Of a stretch of 64,000 nucleotides of DNA, positions 13,101 through 26,278 are shown in pieces. Made by a program: the position numbers and the translations under genes. Source of the stretch: Cetorhinus maximus (taxonomy: Eukaryota); contig NC_135886.1 in the NCBI RefSeq assembly GCF_964194155.1, positions 12,400,001 through 12,464,000 on the forward strand, in the 5' to 3' direction. Every line of letters starts with the position of its first letter. The stretch's first letter is position 1. The notes beneath the pieces were generated by a model. The model did not search any database. It saw only the letters and a list, made by a program, of their open reading frames with translations, and was not told where the DNA came from.

Positions 13101-14943
13101 AATACATCAGTGTATCTGCATCTTAGGCCAGTGTATCAGGGACCCTACATAAGTGTATCTGTGTTCCTAGATGAGTGTATCTACATTCCTATATCAGTGT
13201 ATCTGTATTCCTTAATTGGTGTATTTGCATTTCTGGATCAGTGTAACTGCACCCACTAGATTATTGTATCTCCATGCACGAGATCAGTGCATCAGCAGCC
13301 CCTAGATCAATGTATCTGCACCCCCCAGATTATTTACCAGCATTCGCAGATCAAAGCATCTGTATTCATTGATCAGTGTATCTGGATTCTCAATCAGTCT
13401 ATCTGCACCCCATGATCAGTGTATCTGCATTCCTAGAATACAGTATCTACACCCTCTAGATCAGTGTATCTGCATTCCTACATCAGTGTATATGCATTCC
13501 AAGATCAGTTCATTTGTATTCCTAGATCATTGTATCTACATTCCAAGATGAGTGTATCTGTGCCCCCTAGGTCAGTGTACCTGCATTCTGAGATAAATGT
13601 ATCTGCACCATCTAGATCAGTGTATCTGCATTCTTAGAATACTGTATCTGCACCCCCAGATCAGTGTAGCTGCAGCTGCTAGATCAGTGTATCTGCACTC
13701 CTAGATCAGTGTAACTGCATTCTTCGATCAGTGTAGCTGTACTCCTTCATCAGTGTGTCTGCATTCCTAAATCAGTGTACCTGCACCCCTACATCGGTAT
13801 ATCTGCATTTCTACATCGGTGTATCTGCAATTCTAGATCAGGGTATCTGCATCCCACAGATCAGTGTATCTGCACTCCTGCATTGACATATCTGCATACC
13901 TACATCAGAGCATCAGCATTGCTATGTCAGTATATCTGCACCCCAGATAAGTGTATTTGCAGCCCCTAGATCAGTGTATCTGCACCCCCTAGATCACTGT
14001 ATTTACATTCCACAATGAGTGTATCTGAATTCCTAGATCAGCGTACCTGCATTCCTAGATCATTGTATCAGCACCCCTAGATCTGTTTATTTGCACACAT
14101 AGATCAGTGGATCTGCACAGCTAGATCAGTGTATCCACAGTCCTAGATCAGTGTTTCCACATTCCTGCATCAGTGTATCTGCATTTCTACATCAGTGCAA
14201 TCCTAGATCAGAGTATCTGCATCCCACAGATTAGTGTATCTGCACTCCTGGATCAGCATATCTGCATACCTACATCAAAGCATCAGCATTGTTAAGTCAG
14301 TGTATCTGCACATGTAGATCAGTGTATCTGCATTCTTAGATCATTGTACCTGCATTCCTAGATCAGTGTATCTTCATCCAACCAGATCATTGCGTCCCCA
14401 TTCCTATATCAGTTAATCTGCATTCCTAGATCAGTGTATCTGCATTCCTAGATCAGTGCATCTGCATTCCTAGATCAGTATATCTTCATTCCTAGATCAG
14501 TGTATCGCCATTCCTAGATCAGTGTATCTGCACACCAAGATTAGTGTACAAGTGTTCATAGACTAGTGTTTCTGCACCATGAGTTTATCTGCTCCCCATA
14601 GATTAGCTTATCTGCATTCCTGGATCAGTGTATCTGCATTCCTGGATCAGTGTATCTGCATCCCATACATCAGTGTAGCTGCATCTTAGAAGCTTGTATC
14701 AGGACCCCTAGAGCAGTGTATCCATGTTCCTAGATAAGCATATCTGCATTCCTTTATCAGTGTATCTGCATTCATAGATTAGTGTATCTGCATTGCTGGA
14801 TCAGTGTATCCGCTTCCCTAGTATCCTAGTTTCTGTATCCCTAGAGCAGTGTATCCACATTCTTAGACCAGTTTTTCTGCACCCTTAGATCAGTGTATCT
14901 GCTTCCCCCAGATCAGTGTATCCGCATTCCTAGATCAGTGTAT

Positions 14944-16952
14944 ACTACAGTATTATGTCAAGGGACATAAAGGTTAGGATTAAGAAAAAAAGAGAAGCTT
15001 AGGGCAGATACCAATGGCTCAATACAGCAGAGTCCTTAGAGGAGTATAAAAAGTGAAGAGGGGAACTTAAAAAGGAAATTAGGAAAGCTAAGAGAGTGCA
15101 TGAGAAAGCATTAGTGGGTAGAACAAAGGAAACCCCAAAGGGGTTTTTTAAATAGATAAAGAGCAAGGGAATAACTGGGAAAGAGTAGGGCCAATTAGGG
15201 ACCATAGAGGTAATCTGTGTGTGGACCCAGAAGACGTAGGTACAGTGCTCAATGAACACTTTGCATCAGTCTTCACAATGGAAAAGAACATGCAGATATA
15301 GACATCAGGGTGGAGGACTGTGAAATTTTAGAGGAAATTAACATAGAGAGAGAGGAGGTACTTGTGGGTTTAGCGGCCTTAAAAGTGGATAAATCCGCAG
15401 GCCCAGATGAGATGTATTCAAGGCTGTTGAGGGAGGCAAGGGAAGAGATAGCAGAGGTCCTGGCAGTAATTTTCAAATCCTCTCTGGCCACAGGTGAGGT
15501 GCCAGAGGACTGGAGGATTGCTAATGTCGTCCCATAACTAAAAAATGGAGGAAGGGATAGACCAGGAAATTACAGGCCAGTCAGTCTAACCTCATTGGTG
15601 GGGAAGTTACTAGAAAGAATTCTGAGGGACAGAATATATCTGCACTTGGAGAGACACGGATTAATCAGGGATAGTCAGCATAGATTTGTTAAAGGAAGGT
15701 CATGTTTGACAAATTTGATCGGGTCTTTTGAGGAGGTAACCAGGAGTGTTGATGAGGATAATGCATTTAATGTGGTCTATATGGACTTTAGCAAGGATTT
15801 TGATAAGGTCCCTCATGGCAGACTGGTCAAGAAAATAAGAGCCCATGGGATCCAAGGCATAGTGGCACATTGGATCCAAAATTGGCTGAGAGGCAGGAAG
15901 CAGAGGGTGATGGTAGAGGGATATTTCTGTGACTGGAAGTCTGTTTCCAATGGGGTTCTGCAGGGCTCAGTGCTGAGGCCCTTGCTGTTTGTGGTGTACA
16001 TAAATGATTTGGACTTAAATGTAGGGGGTATGATCAAGAAGTTCGCGGAATAGACAAAGATTGGTAGGGCAGTAAATAGTGAGGAGGATAGTCATAAACT
16101 GCAGGAGGATATCAATGGACTGGTCAGGTGGGCAGAGCAGTGGCAAATGGAATTCAACCTGGAAAAGTGTGAGATAATGCACTTGGGGAGGGCTAACAAG
16201 GCAAGGGATTACACTATGAATGGTAGGACCCTGGAAAGTACTGAAGATCAGAGGGACCATGGTGTGCATATCCACAGATCCCTGAAAGTAGCAGGGCAGG
16301 TAGATAAGGTAGTTAAGAAGGCATCTGGGATACTTGCCTTTATTAGCCGAGGCATAGAATACAAGAGTAGGGAGGTTATGCTGGAACTGTATAAAATGCT
16401 GGTTAGGCAGCAACTGGAGTACTGTGTACAGCTCTCGTCACCACATTATGGGAAGGATGTGATTGCACTGGAGAGGGTTCAGAGGAGGTTTACCAGGATG
16501 CTGCCTGGAGGGTTTGAGCTATGTGGAAAGATTGGATAGGCTGGGGCTGTTTTCCTTGGAGCAGCGAAGGTTGAGAGGGGTCCTGATAGAGGTGTATAAG
16601 ATTATGAGGGGCATAGATAGGGTGGATAGGAAGGCACTTTTTCCATTAGTAGAGGGGTCAATAACCCAGGGGGCATACATTTAAGGTAAGCGGTCGAGGG
16701 CTAAGGGGGGAGTTGAGGAGAATATTTTTCACCCAGAGGGGAGTCAGGAACTCACTGCCTGAAAGATGGTTGAGTCAGAAACTCTTGTAACATTTAAGAA
16801 GTATTTAGATACTCACTTGTGTTGCCATAGCCTCCAGGGCTATGAGCCAAGCACTGGAAAATGGAATTAGTGTAACCAGATCTTTGTTGACTAGCATGGA
16901 AATGATGGGCTGAATGGCATTCTTCTGTGCTGTAGAAGTCTATGAGTCTATG
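14944..16952 (+). mobile_element. CR1 LINE, 5'-truncated, decayed RT
   Basis: KSAGPDEMYSRLLRE, YRPVSLT, QHRFVKGRSCLTNL, YMDFSKDFDKVPH, QGSVLRPLLFVVYINDL; stops and frameshifts; GAGTCTAT tail. Confidence 0.92.
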
Positions 16953-19366
16953 TCTGTATTCCTAGATCAGTGTATCTGCTCCACCAAGATCAGTGTATGT
17001 GCATAGCAAGGTGAGTGTATCTGAATTCCTAGATCAGTGCACCTGCATTCCTAAATCAGTGTACCTGCATTCGAAGATCAGTGTATCTGCATTCCTGCAT
17101 CAGTGTATCTGCAATCCTAGATTAGTGTACCTGCATTCTTAGATCAGTGTACCTGCATTCAAAGATCAGTGTACCTGCAATCCTAGATCAGTGTATCTGC
17201 ATTCCTGCATCAGTGAATCTGCAATCCTAGATCAATGTACTTGCATTCCTAGATCAGTGTACCTGCATTCAAAGATCAGTGTACCTGCATTCCTAGATCA
17301 GTGCATCTGCAATCCTACATTAGTGTATCTGCATTCCTTGATCAGTGTATCTGTGCTCCTTGATCAGTGTGTCTGCAATCCTGCATCAGTGTATCTGCAA
17401 TCCTGGATCAGTGTACCTGCATTCCTACGTCAGTGTTTCTGCAATTCTAGATCAGTGTATCTGCATTCCTTGATCAGGGTATCTGTGCTCCTTGATCAGT
17501 GTGTCTGCATTCCTGAATCAGTGTATCTGCATTCCAAGATCAGTGTATTTGCATTCATTGTACATTGTATCTGCATTCCTTGATGAGTATATTCACAGAT
17601 GAGTGTATCTGTGCCCCCTAGATCAGTGCACCTGCATTCTGAGATCAGTGTATCTGCACCACATAGATCAGTCTTTCTGTATTCCGAGAATATTATATCT
17701 GCACCCCCAGATAAGTGTATCTGCAACATTTAGATTACTGTATCTGCACCCCCAGGTCAGTGTATCTACATGTCCAAGACCAGAGCATCTGCAGGCTGTA
17801 TCTGTAACCCTTAGACCATTTATCTGCATTCCCAGTGCAGTATACCTGTGTTTCTAGATCAGTATGCCTCCATTAATCGATCAGTTTATCTGCATTCTTG
17901 GATTAATGTGTCTGCACACCTAGATCAGTGTAACTGCATTCATAGATCACTGTATCTGCATTCCTGGATCAGTATATCTGCAGCCCCTGTATGAGTGCAT
18001 CTGCATTCCTAGATCAGTGTATGTGCATCCTGAGATCAGTGTATCTGCATTCCTAGATCAGTTTATCTTCATTCCTGGAATACTGTATCTGCACCCCCTA
18101 GATCAGTGTATCTACATTCCTAGATCAGTGTATCTGCATGCCTGGATCAGCATATCTGCACCCACTAGATTAGTGTATCTGTGCCCCCTATATCAGTGTA
18201 TCTGCAACACCTAGATCAGTGCACGTGCATAGCAAGATGCGTGTATCTGAATTCCTAGATCAGTGTATCTGCATTCCTGCATCAGTGTATCTGCAATCCT
18301 AGATCAGTGTACCTGCATTCCTAGATCAGTGTACCTGCATTCAAAGATCAGTATACCTGCATTCCTAGGTCAGTGCATCTGCAATCCTACATAAGTGTAT
18401 CTACATTTCTACTTCAGTGTTTCTGCAATCCTAGATCAGTGTATCTGCATTCCTTGATCAATGTATCTGTGCTCCTTGCTCAGTGTATCTGCATTCCTTG
18501 ATCAATGTATCTGTGCTCCTTGATCAGTGTATCTGCACCCCTACAAGAGTGTATCTGCATTCCAAGATCAGCGTATTTACATTCATTGTACATTGTATCT
18601 GCATTCCTTGATGAGTATATTCACAGATGAGTATATCTGTACCCCCTAGATCAGTGCACCTGCATTCTGAGATCAGTGTATCTGCACCACATAGATCAGT
18701 CTTTCTGTATTCCTAGAATATTATATCTGCACCCCCAGATAAATGTATCTGCAGCAACTAGATCAGTGTATCTGCACCCTCAGATCAGTGTATCAACATG
18801 TCCGAGATCAGTGCATCTGCAGGCCCTAGATCAGTGTATCTGTAACCCTGTGATCATTTATCTGCATTCCCAGAGCAGTATATCTGTGTTCCTAGATCAG
18901 TATGTCTGCATTAATTGATCAGTGTATCTGCATTCATAGATCAATGTATCTGCATTCTTGATCAGTGTATCTGCACTCCTTGATCAGTGTATCTGCATTC
19001 CTGGATTAGTGTATTTGCATTCCTAAATTAGCGTATATGCATTCCTACATCAGAGCATCAGCAATGCTAGGTCAATGAATTTGCACACCTAGATCAGTAT
19101 ATCTGCATTTGTAGATCAGTGTATCTGCATTCCTGGATCAGTATATCTGCAGCCCATGTATGAGTGCATTCCTAGATCAGTGTATCTGCATTCCTAGGTC
19201 AGTGTATCTGCATGCCTGGATCAGTGTTTCTACACCTACTAGATCAGTGTATCTGTGCCCCCTAGATCAGTGTATCTGCACCACCTAGATCAATGTATCT
19301 GCATTCATGCATCAGTGTGCCTGCATTGCTATATCAGTGCACCTGCTTCACCTAGATCAGCGTATC

Positions 19367-19920
19367 TGTATCATGAAACTATTAATGTATATAATATTAG
19401 TGGAAAATATTTTTCTTTTAAAATAGAGGTTTAGTCTGTGGGTGTGTCTTAATTGGATTAAAGCCAGCTAGTCTGGGTGATTTGATGTGTACTAGTTTTG
19501 ATATGTAAGAGAGATAGCATGCATTTGCATTGTTTGAATAGAGCATTCAAGAAGTGGGGTGAAAATAATGAAAGCAGATACCAAGCCATATGTTTATATT
19601 ACTAATAAAATTGGTACTATGGAAGGGTTTTATTGTTAGAAGAGGCTGGTGATACAATGAGAATTTACATTCAATGGGCAATGGTAGGCATAACTTCAGC
19701 AGTTTTCGGGTGTGCAGAGCAGAGGCAATGTGAGATCAACAGCAGCTGTAAGCCTCCAACTGCCTCCACAGGAACCAAAGTGAAAAGAACCTCATTTTGA
19801 ATTTGTAAGGTGAAAACGCTTTGCCTGGTGTCTAGTTAAGTCTATGGGTTGCTGTTGCCTTAATGGAGATTAATTTGGGAATTTGTTAAAAGTTATGATA
19901 GCAGTAATTTGTAGCCATGT
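19367..19920. mobile_element. 554-bp non-satellite insertion, unclassified (possibly an LTR fragment)
   Basis: AT-rich, non-coding, begins TGT, flanked on both sides by ATCAGCGTATC. Confidence 0.55.
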
Positions 19921-22900
19921 ATCAGCGTATCGGCACACCAAATAAGTGTATGTGCATTCGTAGACCATTGTTTCTGCACCATGAGTTCAGTTTATCTGAA
20001 TTCCTAGATCAGTGTATCTGCATTCATGTAACAGTGTATCTGCATCCCACACATCAGTGTAACTGCATCTTAGGCCAGCATATCAGCACCCCTAGATCAG
20101 TGTATCTGCGTTCCTAGATGAGTGTATCTGCATTCATTTATCAGCATATCTGTATTCCTAGATAAATATATTTGCATTCCTGGATGAGTGTATCTGCACC
20201 TCCTAGAGGAGTGTATCGGTGCCCCCTAGATCAGTGCACCTGTATTCTGAGTTCAGTGTATCTGCACCGCCTAGATCAGTCTTTCTGCATTCTGTGAATA
20301 TTATATCTTCACCCCCAGATAAGTGTATCTGCACCCCATAGATCAGTGGATCTGCACTGCTGGGTCAATGTATCTGCTTTCCTAGATCAGTGTTTCTGTA
20401 TTCCTAGAGCAGTGCATCTGCATTCTTAGACCAGTTTTTCTGCACCCTTAAATCAATGTATCTAATCCCCATTGAACAGTGTATCTGAATTCCTACATCA
20501 GTGTATCTGCATTCCTAGATCACTGTATCTCCACACCTAGATCAGTGGATCTGCACACCTAGATCAGTGCATCTGCATTCCTAGATCAGCGTATTTGCAC
20601 TGCTTAGATTTGTGTATCTTCATTCCTAGATCCTGGCATCTGTACTCTAACATCAGTGCACCTGCACCCCATGATCAATGTACCTGCATTCCTAGATCAA
20701 TGCACCTGCACACCCGTAGACCATTGAATCTGCACCCCTACTCCAGTGTATCTCCATTCCAAGATCAGTGTATCTGAATTCCTAGATTAGTGTATCTGCA
20801 GCCCCTAAGTTAATCTATCTGCAGCCCCTAGATAATTGTCACTGCGCCGCATAGATCAATGTACCTGAATTCCTAGGTGAGTGTATCTGCAGCCCCTAGA
20901 ATACTGTATCTGCACTCCAGATCAGTGTATCTGCCTTCCTAGATCAGTGTATCTGCACTCCTAGAATATGGTATCTGTACCCTCTGGATCAGTGTATTAG
21001 CACTCCAAGATTAGTGTATCTGCATTCCTGGATCAATGTATCCATACACGCTTGACCAGTGCATCTGCATTCCTGAATAAATGTATCTGCACCACCTTTA
21101 TCAGTGTATCTGCACATCCTAGATCAGTCTACCATAACCCACCTAGACCAGTGTATCTGCTTTCCTAGAATGCTGTATCTGCAGCCCCTGTATCAATGTA
21201 TCTGCATTCCCAAGATGAGTGTATGTGCATCCCCCAGATCAATGCATCTGCGTCCCCGAGATCAATGTATCCACATCCCCAAGGTCAGTGTATCTGCATC
21301 TGCTACTGCACTGACTCTGCATCCCCTATCTCAGTGACTCTGCATCCCCTAGCTCACTATATCTGTATCCCTTAGGTCAGTGCATCTACATCCCTTAGAT
21401 CATTATATCTGCATCCCCTAGATCAGTGTATCTGCATCTCCTAGATCAGTGCATTTGCATTCCTAGACCAGTGTATCTGCATTCCTAGATCAAGTTATCC
21501 GCATGCCTAGATCAGTGTATCTGCATTCCAGGAACAGTGTATCTGCATTCCAGGAAGAGTGTACCTGCATTCCTAGAGCAGTGCATCTGCATCCCTAGAT
21601 CCAGTTATCTGCATGCCTAGACCAGTATATCTGCATTCCTAGGTCAGGTTATCTGAAATCCTAGATCAGTCTATCTGTGTTTCTGGATCAGTATATCTGC
21701 CCTCCCGGATCAGTTTATCACTATGCCCTAGATCAGTGTACCTGCATGCCCTAGATCAGTGTATCTACACCCCCTCGATCATTTATTTGCATTCCTACAT
21801 GAGTGTATCTGCATTCACAGATCAGTATACCTGCATTCCTAGATCAGTATATCTACTTTCCTAAATCAGTGTATCTGCATTCTTTGATCAATGAATCTGC
21901 AGCACTTGATCAGTGTGTCTGCATTCCTAGGTCAGTGTACCTGAACCTCCTAGATCAGTGTATCTGCACTCCTACATCAGTGTATCTGCATTCCAAGATT
22001 CATGTCTTTGCATTCCTCGAACATTGTATCTGCATTCCTAGATGAGTGTATCTGCAGACCTGAGATTACTGTATCTGCACCAGTGTGTCTGCATATTTAG
22101 ATCAGTGCATCTGCATTCCTAAATCAGTGTATCTTCCTTCCTAGATCAGTGTATCTGCATTCCTGGAATACTGTATCTGCACCCCTAAATCAGTATATTT
22201 GCACAAACTAGATCTATGTATCTTCACTCCTAGATCCTTGTGTGATTCCTACATCAGTGCATTCCTCAATCATCTTCATCTCTTGATCAGTGTGTCTGCA
22301 TTTCTAGATCAGTGTATCTGCAGTCCTTGAACAGTGCATCTTCATTCTTAGACCTGTGTTTTTGCATCCCTAGATAAGTGTATCTGCATTCCTAGATCAG
22401 TGTGTCTGCACCTCATGTATCTGCATCCCTGCACCAGTGTATCTGAATTCCTAGATAAGTGTATCAGCATTTGTGGATCAGTCTATCTGCATCCCTGGAT
22501 CAGTGTGTCTGCAACCCCTAGATCAGTGTGTCTTCACCCCCAGATCAGTATATCAGCAATCCAAAATCAATGCATGCACCCCCAGATCAGTGTATCTGCA
22601 CCCCCAGATCAGTGTATCTGCATTCCTGGATCAGTGTATCTGCACACGCTCGACCAGTATAGCTGCACTCCTGGATAAATGTATCTGCACCACTTTGATC
22701 AGTGTATATCTTCACATCCGAGATAAGTCTACCTTAACCCACCTATATCTGCATTCCTAGAATGCTGCATCTGCAGCTCCTACATGAGTGTATCTGCATT
22801 CCCGAAATGAGTGTATCTGCATCCTCAAGATCCATGTATCCGCGTCCCCAAGACCAATGTATCCACATCCCATAGCTCAGTGTATCTGCATCCCTAGATT

Positions 22901-25900
22901 AGTGTATCTGTATCGCCTAGATCAGTGTATCTGCATCCCCTACCTCAGTGACTCTGCATCCCTTAGGTCACTGTATCTGCATCCCTTAGGTCAGTGTATC
23001 TGCATCCCTTAGATCATTATATCTGCATCCCCTAGATCAGTGTATCTGCATCTCCTAGATCAGTGCATCTGCATTCCTAAATCAGTGCCTCTGCATTCAT
23101 AGATCAGGTTATCTGCATGCCTAGGTCAGTGTATCTGCATTCCAGGAACAGTGTATCTGCATTCCAGGCACAGTATATCTGTATTCCTAGATCAGTGTAC
23201 CCGTATTCATAGATCAGCCTATCTGCATTCCAGGAACAGTGTATCACCACACCCTAAATCAGTACACCTGCATGCCCTAGACCAGTGTATCTGAACCCCC
23301 AGATTGCTTATATGCATTCATACATGAGTGTATCTGCATTCCCAGATCAGTACACCTGCATTCCCAGATCAGTATATCTACATTCCTAGATCGGTGTATC
23401 TGCACCCCCTAGATCCATGTATCTGCACTCCTACATCAGTGTAACTGCATTCCAAGATTCATGTATTTGCATTCCTCGAACATAGTATCTGCATTCCTAG
23501 ATGAGTGTATCTGCAGATCTGAGATGACTGTATCTGCACCACCTAGATCAGTGCATCTGTATTCCTAGAATGCTGTATCTGCACCCCCTATATCAGTGTA
23601 CCTGGATTCCTGAGATCGGTGTACCTGCATCCCCAAGATCAGTGTATCAGCTCCCCCTAGATCAGTGTATCTGCATTCCTAGATCAATGTATTTGCACTG
23701 CCTAGATCTGTGTATCTTCATTCCTAGATCCTTGTGTGACTCCTACGTCAGTGCACCTGCACCCCATGATCAATGTATCTGCATTCCAAGATAATTGTAT
23801 CTGAATTTGTTGATCAGTGCATCTGAATTTCTAGATCAGGTTATCTGCGTGCCTAGATCAGTGTATCTGCATTCTAGTAACAGTGTATCTGCATTCCTAG
23901 ATCAGATTATCTGCAGACCCTAGGTCAGTGCATCTGCAGCCCCTTGAGCAGTGTATCTGCAGCCCCTAGATCAGTGTATCTTCAAGCCCCTAGATTAGTG
24001 TATGTGCAGCCCCTAGATCACTGTATGTGTAGCCCTTGGATCAGTGTATGTGCAGCCCATATATCAGTGTATCTGCACACCTAGATCAGTATATCTGCAT
24101 TCTTAGATTAGTGTATTTGGTCCTAGATCAATGTATCTGCATTCCTACATCATTGTATCTACATTCTTACATCAGTGTATCTGCATTCCTGCACCATTGT
24201 TTCTGCACCCCTCAATCAATCTACGCCCCAGAAATCAATTTGTCTGAATTCTGAGATCAGTGTTTCTGCACCCCAAGATCAGTATACCCGCATTCCTAGA
24301 TCAGCATATCTGCTCCCCTAGATCTGTGTATCTGCAATCTTGGATCAGTGTATCTCCATTCCTAGATCAGTGTATCTGCATTCTTACATCAATTTATGTG
24401 CATTCCTAGATTAGTGTAGTGATCAGTACATCTGCATTCCCAGATCAGTATATCTATATTCCTAGATCAGTGTATCTGTATTCCTTGATCAGTATATCTG
24501 CATTCCTGCATCTGTGTATCTGCATTCCTACATCGGTGTATCTGCATCCCATAGGTCAATGTGTCTGCTCCCCCTGGATCAGAGCACCTGCACCCCCTAC
24601 ATCCATGTTTCTGCATTCCAGTGTCAGTGCATCTGCATTCCTAGATCACTGTATCTGCATTCAAAGATCTGTGATTCTGTATTCCTACATCAGTGCATCT
24701 GCTCCCCCTACATCAGTGTATCTCCATTCCTTGATCAGTGTATCTTCATTCCTGGATCAATGTACCTGCATCCACTATATCAGTGCATCTGCATGCCCTG
24801 TATCAGTGTATCTGCATGCCCTAGATCATTTATCTGCATTCTTGCATGGATTCATCTGCATTCCCTGATCAGTACACCTGCATTCCCAGGTCAGTCAGTA
24901 TATCTTCATTCCTAGATCATTGTGTCTGCATTCCTCAATCAGTGTATCTGCATTCCTAGGTCAGTGCATCTGCACCCCCTAGATTAGTGTATCTTCACCA
25001 CCTGGATCAGTGTATCTGTATTCCTAGAGTACTTTATCTGCAGCCCAAGATCAGTGTATCTGCACCCCCTAGATCACTGTATTTGCATTCTGAGACTAGT
25101 GTATCTGCATTCCTTGAATACGGTATCTGCATCCACTAATGTACCTGCAACCCCTGAGATGATTCTATCTGCATCCCCGAGATCATTGTATTTGCAGCCC
25201 CTAGATGAGTGTATCTGCATTCCCGGGATCTGTGTATCTGCATCCCTGAGATCAGCGTATCTGCATCCCTGAGATCAGTGTATCTGCAGCCCTAGATCAG
25301 TATATCTGCATTCCTAGAATAATGTATCTACATTTCTAAAATAAAGTATCTGCACCCTCTGGTTCAGGGTAACTGCATTCCTAGATCAGTGCATCTGTAC
25401 CCCGTAGATCACTGTATCTGCATCTCTGCACCAGTGTATCTGAATTCCTAGATCAGTGTATCTGTATTCGTGGATCAGTTTATCTGCATCCCCTAGCTCA
25501 GTGTGTCTGCGCTCACTACATCAGTGTGTCTTCATCCCCAGATCAGTGTATCTGCATTCGAATGTACCCCGTAGATTAGTTTCTCTCCACCCCTACACCA
25601 CTGTATCTGTCTTCCAAGATCAGTGTATCTGAATTCCTAGATCAGTATATCTACTTCCCTAGATCAGAGTATCTACAACTCCTAGATCAGTGTATCTGCA
25701 CTTAGTAGATCAGTGTATTTTCACCCCCACATCAGTGTATCTGCAACCCCTAGATCAGTGTATCTGCATTCGCTAGATCAATGTATTTTCACCCCCACAT
25801 CAGTGTATCTGCAACCCCTAGATCAGTGTATCTGCACTCGCTAGATCAGTGTATTTTCGCCCCCACATCAGTGTATCTGCAACCCCCAGATCAGTGTATC

Positions 25901-26278
25901 TGCACCCCCAGGTCAGTCTATCTACATTCCTATGTCACTTTCTGCACCTCATAGATCATTGTATCTACACCCCATACCACTATATCTGCATTCCAAGGTC
26001 AGTGTATCTGAATTCATTGATCAGTGTATCTGCATTCCTAGATCAGTCTATCTGCATTCCTAGATTAGTGTGTTTGCATTCCAAGAAAGGCTCATCTGCA
26101 TTTCGAGATCAGCATTTCTGCATTCCTAGATCAGTGTATCTGCACTCATAGGTCAGTTTATCTGCACACCTAGATCAGTGTTTCTGTATTCCTAGAGCAA
26201 TGTATCTACATTCTTTTAACAGTGTATTTGCATCCTTAAACCAGTGTTTCTGCACCTTTCGATCAGTGTATCTGCTCT

